A stretch of 64,000 bases of DNA from Zygnema circumcarinatum SAG 698-1b (lineage: Eukaryota > Plantae > Zygnematophyceae). Location of the stretch: positions 1,736,001 through 1,800,000 of the forward strand of contig CM074807.1 of assembly GCA_037447605.1 (NCBI GenBank). The letters are read 5' to 3'. Both the position numbers and the translations under genes were made by a program. Shown here piece after piece: positions 48,177-59,905 of the stretch; within the stretch, counting starts at the first letter, position 1; every line of letters starts with the position of its first letter. Below the pieces are notes generated by a model. It was not told the origin of the DNA and made no database searches. It saw nothing but the letters and a program-made list of their open reading frames with translations.

Positions 48177-50737
48177 ATGGCCACCTTCATTGGAATTAGT
48201 TCTTCTCGGGCGAAGATTGTGTCACTGTATGTTTCTATCAAGCAAGGATATTCGGCTGAGAAGGATCATTATTCTCAATTCAGCCATAGCTTAAACTCGC
48301 TCGCATGCAAAGGGCGCAGAGCTGGCAGTTTTTCTTGCCAGCTGGTATGGAGGGGCTCGGCGCTGAAGAGCCAGAGCAGGCCTCATTGTGAAGCAAAGAG
48401 TTCAAACAATAATGTAAGTGGAAGCTTACATGGCTTCATGAGGATAATGGTGTGTACTAGCAAATCGAAGAGCGCGTCAGATCTAGCTACCACTTGTTAA
48501 CCATGGTTGATGATATTCAAAGTTTTCTAGTGCGTAACATGCGTTATTCACTGTCAATCGGTACAGAGGACTGTCAATTTATCATTTTTACTTTGAAACT
48601 GCGCTGTTGATTGCCTCTGCGCTTATTATGTTCATACCCTATTGCATCTTCACATCGAAATTCAGGCCGTCCAGAACGCGGATTTGAGCGGAAGAGCCAG
48701 AAATTAGTGGCCACCAGGGGTTTCATTGCAATTCAGCTGGTTTCATAATTAAGTTTACTTGTAGGCCTTGTTGACGAGCAAAGCCATTAAATCATATTTC
48801 GGTTATTCTCTGTATGGCCGGATACTCCTATGTCATCGATGAATTTATAACTAGGGTACTCTATATAGAGTGTACTACACACCGCAGGCATCTGGAACCC
48901 TCGCGCTTCGATCAAACCTCAGCCTTTCCATTGTTTTGTTTTTTCAACTGTCTAGCAGGGCAGTTTGCCACATAGACCACCCGAAATTCTCGAAGACTAT
49001 GTTTCCTGCGACAAAGAAGCTTCGTGGATGGGATCGTCTGAGAAAATTCTGGATGTCTACGGGGAAGACATTCCAACTCAGGCTGAAGCTATCACATCTG
49101 GAGGCATTGGTGCTTCTGTTCTTCAAGAGACCCGACCACCAGATGTTGATTACCTGCAGGCAAGCAATTTCCTGTGCTCACTGCATCCCTTTGACAACCG
49201 GCTGTCAGTCACTTCTCGCATTCATCCTCTTACAGGCTGCAGTATAGCTGCTTCTATACTGCGAAGAGATGAGTGCAACGTAGCTTTGTCGCCAACGTGT
49301 GATTCTTTATTTTGCCTCATAGTGTATTGTCCATGACTCTCTAATTGTGATATTGAATCTTGAAGCTTGTTTGAGTGAGCCAGGTTGATAACGGTTGTGT
49401 TCTTAGAATTGAGCCTCTCAATTGTTTGGCGAGCCGCAATTTAGAAAGTACAGCTGACTGTTTAACTTTGACCAACGTATCATATGTGAAAGGGGACCCT
49501 AATTTTGAGGCCTGGTGCCCCTTCTTATCTGAGCTTGCTCTATTGTTTTTTGGATGCAATTGCCAGGAGCTTCTAGCTATTCAACAACAGGGACCGCGAG
49601 CTATAGGATTTTTTGGAACTCGAAATATGGGGTTTATGCACCAGCAGCTGATAGAAATTCTTAGCTACGCTATGGTCATAACAGTAAGGCTTTGCTCCAT
49701 TTATGCCAGTCTGATTGACTGTGTTTCTTCTTTGTCTTTCCTTTCGCTAAGTAAACTCTTCTGTTTTGGACCATAGCGTCGATTATGCTTCAGTTTCAGA
49801 AATGCTGCATTTTGTATTTAAACAACCTTCTGCCAGTCAATAAATGGCCTTCTAGAAAAATCTTTTTTTCGCTTTCCAGTGCTGAATCATATGTTTCCAA
49901 AATGTGCAGAACAACCACATCTATACTTCAGGTGCATCAGGAACAAATGCGGCTGTCATACGCGGCGCTTTGCGTGCCGAGAGGCCAGATTTGCTGACAG
50001 TAATCCTTCCTCAGAGCCTGAAAATGCAGCCCCCAGAAAGCCAGGAACTGTTAACTAAGGTATGCCGGTCTATCTTACAGATTCTGCAGCTGCCGAGGAG
50101 TGCTAGCAGTTTCGTCATGAAAAAGCCTAGTCTGATGTTTTCAGAATGACTGTGATTGTGGTTAGAGGAGGCGCATTGCTAAGCGGGACAGAAATGGTGA
50201 GTGAATGTTGGATGTGGCAGGTAACCAATGTGCGGGATATGCCACATAATGACCACCTTCCACTCATCGAGGCTAGCAGGTGAGAACATTCCACATGCTC
50301 TGAGCATTGGCGGGCAGCAGAATGCTGTCAAGCACTAAGGAATGTGGAGTGCTGAGAACTGCCAATATTATCTGTGTTAGAGAGGGAGGGGTTTTCTTTT
50401 TAAGCTCGATTTGCTTCCCTTCGTATACGTTGTGCTGTCCTGCATTGCAAGAGAGCGATATTTTCAGCCGCTCTCAATAGGTACTTGCGGCTTGTTCTGC
50501 TTTGAAAGCCAACTCAGAGGTCGCCTCTGCACTTCTATACTCCAAGTTCAGGTTTTTGTGCTGCGGCTGCTTATTGTGTTGTGTGCGTGGACCTTGGACA
50601 GGCTATGCAACATGGATATCATATCCCACGTGCAGCAGGTCATCTGCTTTGCGTTTCATGACAGCCGGCTGTTGATGGAAACCTGCCGCGAAGCCAAAAG
50701 CATGCGCAAAATTGTGACTCTTTTCTACTTGGATTAG
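48177..50737 (+). CDS. DprA/Smf (SLOG superfamily)-like conserved protein of cyanobacterial type, probable plastid targeting
   Basis: PDVDYLQELLAIQQQGPRAIGFFGTRNMGFMHQQLIEILSYAM / HIYTSGASGTNAAVIRGALRAE.PDLLTVILPQSL / FAFHDSRLLMETC...VTLFYLD. The start (MATF...) and exon 1 are less certain; one intron is GC-AG. Confidence 0.85.
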
Positions 50738-51082
50738 CCGATCAACCTCGAGACTGATCCCATGGCGATGGGCAGCGTCCAGACTTAGCTTTGCCTGCGT
50801 CCTTCCTTCCCTAATGACTGGTCCCATGCAGCCCACAGGCTGCCATCCGTGTCGTAATAAAGGCAGCGTGGCCGGCAAGGTGCCTGCGCTCGTTAGACCA
50901 ATTATGTTATTATTTCAAATTCGGCACTAGGAGATTAGCCTTCTCATTTTATTGCTGTAGAATCGCATTCGCAAGTTGCCACATGTGTTTCGATTCTCGC
51001 AGAATTAGGGCCAACGATAATCATGGGTGCTTGCTTGTTGTTGTTTTTCTTCTATTACATCTCTCTCATCTCTTTTGAGCAC

Positions 51083-51424
51083 CCTCCCTCCCTCTCCCTC
51101 TCCCTCTCCCTCTCCCTCTCCCTCTCTCTCCCTCTCCCTCTCTCTCCCTCTCCCTCTCTCTCTCTCCCTCTCCCTCTCCCTCTCCCTCTCCCTCTCCCTC
51201 TCCCTCTCCCTCTCCCTCTCCCTCTCCCTCTCCCTCTCCCTCTCCCTCTCCCTCTCCCTCTCCCTCTCCCTCTCCCTCTCCCTCTCTCCCTCTCTCTCCC
51301 TCTCCCTCTCCCTCTCCCTCTCCCTCTCCCTCTCCCTCTCCCTCTCTATCACTCCCTCTCCCTCTCCCTCTCTATCACTCCCTCTCCCTCTCCCTCTCCC
51401 TCTCTTTCTTTCTCTCTCTTCTCT
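51083..51424 (+). repeat. (CTCTCC)n homopyrimidine microsatellite, about 340 bp
   Basis: Long, near-perfect hexamer array; source of the spurious RE/LP/SL ORFs at 51005-51518. Confidence 0.95.
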
Positions 51425-51489
51425 TCTTTGCCTGTCTGTTGCATTCCCAACAGCCCACACTTTTACACCTTTGGCACCACATCAGAATG

Positions 51490-51600
51490 AGAGTACGGTA
51501 TGTTTTCCCGTTTATTAGTCATGTACGACACCGTACAAAATTGCAGAAACAAGGGGTACAGTACGGTCCTGTGCTCCCATGACCGTACCATGGTACGGCG
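51490..51600. repeat. CCGTAC/GTACGG motif cluster just upstream of PMK
   Basis: Several CCGTAC/GTACGG motifs, including the perfect 16-bp palindrome CCGTACCATGGTACGG at about 51583-51598. Confidence 0.55.
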
Positions 51601-51670
51601 CCTGCACCGTTGGGACTCGGCGGGAGGCCGGAAGGGGAGGGAGGGCGCGCGAGCAGCCTCTCCCACGGCC

Positions 51671-54600
51671 ATGGCCATGGCGGCGGAGGGGGAGGTGGAG
51701 GCAGGGGAAGGGGCGGAGCGGTGGGCGGCGGTGGCCTCCGCGCCCGGGAAGGTGCTGCTCACGGGCGCGTACCTCGTGCTCGAGCCCCCGCACGCGGGCC
51801 TCGTGCTCGCCGCCTCTGCGCGCTTCTACGCCGCCGTGCGCCGCAGGCCCGCCGCTGCGCCCGCTGCCGAGGTGCGCCCCTGCAAAGGATGCACATTGAA
51901 GAGAGTAGAAAATGCTGATGATTTTTTGGGAGAGTCTGCTTTTCTGAATAGCACATGCAGTTTGCTGAGCAAATGCTGTCGTCATTTTGGCCGAAGAGCC
52001 TCTCTAACGCATGTAGCAGGCAATGAGCAACTTTGTAGCATGGCGTGAAAAGCACTCTGTGTGATGTTCTTTGCCATCACATGGCTCACCGCTGTTTTTT
52101 TCGTGCGCATCCTGCTTGGTATGGATTTGTAGTCTCCTGTTTTTACTAGTGCAATGTATTTCGACAGTTGATCGCCATTGTCACAATGCAGCTCAGATCG
52201 ACTTGCTACACTCTAGGAAAACCTAGAAACCAGATATAGGGTCGCCTCATAGTACTTGACAAACTGCAGTTGGGATAAACTACGTACTGCATGTCCTTAG
52301 GCAAACAGAGCTACGAAAACGACGGTGTATTGTCAGCATAGTTAAGGAGTTATTTCAAGCTTTTTGCATGCGAGGGAGTTTTGGTTGAAGTTGTGAAAAA
52401 GACGATAGCCTTTCCCCTCGACGTGAACAAAGTGGTTGTGTTTATCCAGACTGGCAAGCACACACTAGGATTTGAATTGATGATTCAAGTTCATAAAGCG
52501 CACGACTAGATTAATTTTAAAACCATCACATGGGCTCGCGTTTTCTTGTCGACAAAGAAGGACAATAGACTCTTCCTAGAAGATGTCTCGATTGGCATTC
52601 ACAGCATGTTGATTTATTTTATCTCCACCTTATTTGCTCAATTTTCTTTCTTTATTAATACCGCATGCATTACAGTATGGTGTTGAGGCCTGGTCATGCA
52701 GGAGGTCGTCCATGTACGTGTTGTCTCCCCTCAACTCGAGCGGGAGTCTTCCTATCGCCTCAGCGTTCCGGATCTTCGCCTTGAGCGTGTTCCATCTGTC
52801 AGGTGTGGTGTGACCTATTCTCGTACTCTTGTGATGGTAGGGGGCCACCAGTATTATCAAAAGTCATGGCATTGGTTATTGCCATGCTTTGCCACATTAG
52901 CACAGCAAATTGGTATTCACACATCCAAGAGTTGATAACCAGTAAAGAAGGTAGATCTACGAACAAGATGTATGGGTGATATTGTAAACGCGAGGAGAAC
53001 TTCAAGGGCGCTCCATGATATATTGTTGAACGCGGAATGTGCATGTGCAGTGCAGGAGGAAATCCCTTCATAGAGAAGGCTATACAGCTTGCAGTGGGTG
53101 CAGCTGCCATGCTTGCCATTAAGCAAAGTGGCTCAACAGATGCACTATTTTCTAGACTTGTAATAGAAGGTACGTGAATCCCAATCTTCAAATAGCACAA
53201 TTAGAAGAAGTGATCGAGATTTCATGAGTCAAACCGTTTGGCTGGGCTGATGAGTGGATCGCTACTTTGTTGTGGGCTCTTCCATAGGTCAGGCATGGAG
53301 ATATTGCTTCTAGGCGATAATGATTTCTACTCGCACAGAACACAGGTGAGTAGTATACATCTTCACTTTCCAGCCTAAGGTGGTGACATTTGGGAATGTA
53401 TCCTTGCTTTGCACCGTGTCGCGGAAGTGAAGTGAGCAGTCTTTGTAAGCGAAGCAGGTAGAGTGAGAGCTTTGTCCTTTTCTTAACGCCGAAACGTAGC
53501 TGGGGGTTATGAGAGCCCTGGCAAGGCTACGCAAAGGTTGGTGAAGTTAGGAACTGAGCCACTATTCCTTCTACAGGAAGAAGAAAGTGAGGCAACGAGT
53601 CTTTGAGTGTCTTTTTGGTAGATCCCGTAGCATTGAATGGAATGAGATAAGCCCATTCTGACTTTGGGCGTATGTCTCTTCTGAGTGGATGGAAGCAGTT
53701 GCGCACCACTTTTTTCTAACTATGGGTTCTGTAGTGGAGCAGCTGCTTGACAGGGGATGGTCGCTTTCTGCCACCTCCCTTGCATTGCTCCCTGCATTTG
53801 CAGGCCTCAACATCCCCCACGTTTCTTCCAGCAATTCCCTTGCACCAGAATTACCCAAAACAGGTCTAGGATCTTCAGCAGCCATGACAACTGCAGCGGT
53901 TGCAGCTCTGCTTCACTTCCTGCAAGTCGTCGATCTTCAAAAGGAATGCTGCGAAGCAGGAACTGAGGACCTTGGTAGCAACAGAGGGGCGGGCCTTGAA
54001 ATCGTGCACCGGATAGCGCAGGCAGCCCACTGTTTAGCCCAGGGCAAAATTGGAAGTGGCTTTGACGTCAGTGCCGCAACGTTTGGCAGTCAGCGTTATG
54101 TGCGGTTCTCGCCAACCTTGCTTCAACCTATTTTGGTGCGCGTTTCTTCGTCTCATCACTCTCTTGTCAACTGTGGCTGCCAAACGTCCATCCTCTCCTG
54201 CGTTTTGCAATAAGTCGTTACCTGCTCCTCTCATGTAGCCCAAAACATGCATTTTGAAAACCACTTTCTCCTATCAGTCCCTTTTATTTCATTGCACATT
54301 TGGTGGGCAAACTCTTGTGGTTCACCACTTGGAGTCAGTCCACAACGAGCTAGCGGTTTCCTGTTTTAGAGAGTTTTCTGTTGTGATGGCTGAATGACAA
54401 GTCGGCTTGTGCGGCAGGATTGGGAGCCTTGTTTTTGGCTTAACAGCAAGTGGCGAAAGTAAACTGACCGGGGCTGAGGGTGCTATCGGGCAGTGCACAT
54501 CTGCAGGCGGGTGATATGGAGAGCAGTCCGCTCAAAGCTGCGTCGGCAGTGCTGCAGACCCACTGGGATGGGGAACGCACGCCTTGGGCCTTGCCACCCG

Positions 54601-56088
54601 GCCTGCTGCTGGTATGTTCTCTGACTCAATTTGGTGGGTTTATTAGGCAGATGGTGCAGGACCATTATGTACTATTTACAGTGTATACCCACGCCATCCA
54701 CATCGAGTTCACAGTTCTAGCTTCAATCGAGCTGCACATTGATCAGCATGCATTCTTATATGATGTCTCTGGTCACAATGTTCTGACTGCTCTGTCCCTC
54801 AATGTTGGGAAGAACACACAGGAGAGTTACTTAGCTACGGCAATAATGTAGCCGCATTCGTCGTATTGAAAGAGGGTGATATGGATTTTGTGGAACAGAT
54901 GATTGGCGAGCCTGGAACAGGAGGCTCTTCCACACCGTCCATGGTGGGAGCTGTGCTTAAGTGGCGCAAGGAGGCTGCAGTGCAAGCCAATCGCTTGTGG
55001 GCAGACCTATCAGCAGCCAATAACTCCATTGAAGAGGCCTTTACGGGGCTGAGCAGATTGGCAGTAGAAAACGCTATGACATACAGAGCGGTGCTAGAAG
55101 CCTGTAGCTCCGTTGTTGCAAGCGAGGTGATGCCCGCGTCTCCCTCTATGTGTGAAGTTCCAACGAGAACTATGGTAGATAAGACCGCGCACTAAATGGC
55201 ATGGAGGGACTGTGCTCTTGTGTGTGTGGAAGCAGTGGGTAAGTGCTGTATCCAGCATCCCGCATGGACCATTGATGGCCGAGGCGTTGCTGGCGATACG
55301 AACAACATTCCTTCAGGCGAGAGTCCTCCTTCGTGAACTTGGGAGAAATGCGCAAGTGCCTGTAAGTATTTAAAGGTCAACCTTGAGCCTAGCAGGCAAG
55401 GCCTGATGTAATGCAGACTGCGATTCTGGAATCCTTTTGTTGAGCTTAGGCTGCAGCTACTCTTGAAAACTGATCGGCTCACTTTGCACTACAAATAATG
55501 TATCTGTACCCGCAATGGGTAAGGAGATTGTGCCCTTTAGTGCGCCGCAGATCTTGGACAAATGTCTTTAATGAGCACTACTCGTTTTGTTAAGGTTTGG
55601 AGGGATTTGATTATTAGGCATATCTTTGTTTTGTGTCATACGTTAATGAGTGGTGTCACTTCTGACTCGTGTCGTTCTATGCCAGTTGGACTGCTAGCGC
55701 TATCCCAACCCTCCAAAATTGCTTGCTATCCTCCCCGCGCTTTTCAACGTATGGAGGTGCTCATAGAATATTCTCCATTGACCTGATACCTGCATTGGCA
55801 CTCTTCTGAGCTTGATGCTTTCCGTTATTGGGATCTTCCCTTATGCAGATAGAGCCACAGCCACAAACAGAACTGCTAGACGCCACAATGGAGGCAGAGG
55901 GCGTCCTTTTTGCCGGCATTCCGGGAGCCGGCGGCTTTGATGCTGCCTTTGCTCTTGTGCTCGGGTCCTCCGTGCAGCAGAAAGTGGACGCCATGTGGAG
56001 CAGCCGGGGAGTCCTATCTCTATGTGTGAGAGAGAGGGCGGCAGGCCTTCAATGGGAGTCTGACCTGCCTTTGAGAGGCGAGTCGTAG
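51671..56088 (+). CDS. PMK: Phosphomevalonate kinase (ERG8/GHMP type), multi-exon
   Basis: VASAPGKVLLTGAYLVL, LGDNDFYS, KTGLGSSAAMT, AHCLAQGKIGSGFDVSAA.FGSQRYVRFS, GGSSTPSMVGAV and GIPGAGGFDA. Confidence 0.95.
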
Positions 56089-56479
56089 CTTTTATCCCAC
56101 GTCAGTTCCATCATGCAGGTGACTTAAGTGAGGGAACAGGGTGCAACCTTTCGTGTTAGAAGAACAGGAGATAGGTGATGCTGCAGAGAGACGAGACCAG
56201 CGCTTAGCTTTTTTAGAAGATCGATGTACTAGCTGTTGAAGAGCTCCTTGTGCTCTTCAAAAGTAGTTAAGATTGGGATCAGTAAACTGAGATGCTCCAA
56301 TGTACGTAACATCTGTTTAAAAATGTTTGTCCTTCAAGATGAGGCATTTCCCACCAAAAAGCAGAGCAAACGAATGTCTTGTTTGACTGGGTGGAAAATG
56401 GAGCCAGTGTTCCTTGTTCCATGTGTGTTGCTTGTTGCTCGTCCGATAATAAAAGAGTACTTACTTAGCTTAGCTTCCC

Positions 56480-56830
56480 ATTGTTACACTTAGAAAGGGG
56501 CCTTCATTGAGGGTAACTTGATTCGAATTGGCCAATCACAGCGTGCATACGTGGCAAATCGTGAATGGCTTCCACTTCACAATACTATTAATGGAGTCCC
56601 ACACCAAAGGCGATGAGAGCTCACCAAAAGCTTCTATCGACAGTGACAAGGAATTGTAATGAGAAGATATCACCAATTCACTTCAAAAAGACTCTCACAT
56701 AAAACAACATCACTTTCCTTATAAAAATTTCATGACGAGAACATGAACTTTACAATGGATACAAACTCTTGCGTACTCTTGCCTCTCTATACCTCATCTA
56801 TGCGATTACCGTGATAACATCATTAAGTTA
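56480..56830 (-). mobile_element. Possible degenerate 3' fragment of a non-LTR (LINE) retrotransposon
   Basis: AT-rich intergenic stretch translating to KLLVSSHRL (56633-56604) followed, after a frameshift, by TICHVC. This resembles the SSH.L...CxxC C-terminus of many LINE RTs, but there are many stops. Confidence 0.28.
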
Positions 56831-56992
56831 TAAAGGCGTCTTATTTAGGTTAAGAGCCTTCTTATTGGCCAGCTAATTGCCACTTCGATGACGTGTACGA
56901 CTGCACTGAAAAAATCAACTTTCAGGGAAACGGCTCCATGTACAGTAAACATGATTCTAATGATCTGGCCAATGACATAGGTCGAGGCTCTT

Positions 56993-59232
56993 TCAAAACG
57001 TGCCATTACGAACCTCTGCTGCAACGGAATGCAGCTCAGGAAAGAGGGCCAAGAGTACGAGCTCCAGGAGCCTGTGCCCCAATTGCTTTGTGTACACCTC
57101 TGACTGCACCATCAAAGAAAAACTCTTTATTTAAGATATTAAGTATAAAGTAAGGCAGAGGCAGCTCAAGCTGTCTCACACGCTAATTCGTTTAAAGGCA
57201 GCGACAAATGTCCGGTTGCAATGTGATTGCATCAAGTCAAATTCTCGACTAGTTAGGGATTTGTAGGAGTGCGATTTAGTCAAAAAGAAAGAGAAGCTCA
57301 AATTTTGCTCGGTTCAAAGTGTTTCAGAAATATCCCCTTGCCTGAATAGAGTCTGCCAGACACAGAACCTGACCATGTCAACATACAAATTCTCAAAAAA
57401 AAGTGCATATGACTCCATTATTTCAGCTACAACCTTCCGACCGCAACGACAGCAAGGAGAGAACTCCACCTGAAGAATGCTGTAAACATCTCTCACCCCT
57501 CGCCTGTAGGCGTGGCTGCCAATCAGGCTGACAAGCGATCCTGGAGCAGCACCTGTGAACCCACACAAGCTATGCACACGGCTAAATACGGCACCTTTCA
57601 GGAAAGGTCTTTAACATTGCCGGCTCCAAAGGAGCAGTCGACAAGATGGCAGTAAGGCACAGAAATTCACGACTCAGAGTAGACTTTGAGCACTTGAAAT
57701 GAGCACGTAGAGCTGGAAAGCATGAAGAGACCCAGTAAAACTCCGAATGAATCAGGAATTCATCAGAGCTGAGACTCCCTTTGGACGTCCCACCTAAACC
57801 TCGTAAGCCGGAGCACCTAAACCTCGTAAGCCGGAGCACTTTATATTTCATTTGCGATGGTAACACAAACGACCTTATCTTATTTTTGCTTAAAAATCCC
57901 TCAAAAATCCACTGTAGAAGCAAGTTGCTGCATAACTAGAGAGGCGCAGCCTACCGAGAAAGATGTCCTTCACCAGCGCTGCGCGCCGTGCAGCCTCTGC
58001 GCGCTGTTCCGGGTGCAGGGGGGGTCGGAGAAGGCCGAGGGGGTCAGGGGCAGAGCTCATGGGGGCAGAACGCCTTGCATAGAAGGAGCCTTCGGGCCAC
58101 AGGCTCTGCAGGAGAGCAAGCCAAAAACGGCACAAATGCAGCATAAGAAGGCCTCCAGAACGACTTTTGAAGAGCTTCTGGTGAAGGTGGGACACGAGGA
58201 GGTACAGATGGGGGCTCACTGTTCGAATGAAGTCGACACCCGCAGCTGCCGTCTCATCTTTGCGGAGCCATTGAATGCCGTTCAAGATGAAATCGTCAAT
58301 TGCGTCGCCCATGAAGAGCTCCAACACTTGACGAGCAATCCAAAGCACCTGCCTCCTGGAATGCAGCACAAGGTCCAAAGACACCTTCACAGTTTTAATG
58401 CTCCAGTCAAGTTTTCATCTCCAAAACTTAGCACACTTTTTGATAAAAAAAAAAAAAAAAAAAGCTACAAGCCGCAGCCGCGGCCCAGTGACTGTGCACA
58501 GACAGGAAGGAATCTCACCGAAGCCACCAATTCCTGTCCAGCTGAAACGCATTGCTCACCAGGCCAAGCAGAGGGGCACTCAGCTCCGAGACATTCCACT
58601 GTAGGAAAGCCATTCACAAATCAAATCGCTGATCAGGGCATTCTGCGTTGTGAGCGGGATTGCCTACACGGATGCCCTGCAGTCATTTTCAGAGCCTTCC
58701 CTTCTTAATTTAGGGTACGCTTGGCTCAAAATGGCAACTTCTAAATCACACCAGAAATTCCTGAGCATTGCAGTCATAATGACATCCAACGGCCCCGAAT
58801 TACCCCTAACAAACTTCTGATGCACCCTCTAAGAGTATGTGAATCTACCTCTGGTGGAATTGCCATGTCTTCATCCTCCTCCTCCATATACTCTGAGGCT
58901 GCCAACGAGCTTCCAGCAGAGCCTCCTTCTGAAACAGTCTCCGGCGGTTCTTCAGGCCAAGAAAATAAGCTTGTTTCAGCTGTCACCGCAGAGCCTTCAT
59001 GCTGAGTCTGTTCTCCGCTCTCTCCCTCCTCCCTTCTTTCCTCCACTTGCAGCAGTGCATGTCCTTCCCCTTCCCCTGCCTCAGCGACAATTGTGCCCTC
59101 CCCTGCGGGCAGTGGGAGCGGCATGGCTGGCAGGACCGCAGTTTGTGACTTAGCCAATGCGGATGTAAACCTAATGAAGCCGTAGCGCTGCGGAAACGGA
59201 GTGATAGAGAGAGGGGGGAAGAGGGGGTGAGA

Positions 59233-59272
<40 letters not shown>

Positions 59273-59847
59273 GGACAGGGGGAGAGGGGGAAGAGAGTGG
59301 GGGCCGAGAGCGAAAAAAGGGACGAGGAGACGAGAGGAGGGGGGGAGAGGGGTGGGGGAGGAAGGAGGGAGGAAGGGGGCCGACTTGTGCGGAGTTTGGA
59401 TTCAAGGGGCCAATTAATTTTCTGCTTAACCTGTTGCTGCAGGCTTCCATTCTGTGTGATAAAGAAAAGGGGCACATAGAAGCTTTGAAGCTCTGTCTGT
59501 CACCAAACTGGCAGTTTCGAACACCAAACAGAAGCGGCAGAGGCATTCGTACGAGTAGCCCAAAAAGTTGTTCATAAAACAATATCGTAGATGGAGAGAG
59601 TCTGGCATAGTAAGAGGATGGCTCGCAGTGCACCTCAGAAGTTGGCGAGAGGAAGTCCTCCATATCGTGGTGCTCGGCTATACTTGGAACTGCCAAAAGG
59701 GCCTGCACTGAAACACAAAGCAGCGCAGCAGCTCAAGCGCGAGCAATAGGCTTCTTAGCTGCAGCCTGCCTGCATTGCTCTGCTCTGCTTGCGTGCGCAC
59801 GAGAGCCACGAGAGAGACCGAGAGAGAGAGCATGAAAGAGGGAGAAT

Positions 59848-59905
<58 letters not shown>

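Noticed and set aside
51005-51518. 150-160 aa ORFs on both strands
   Set aside because: Pure (CTCTCC)n translation products.
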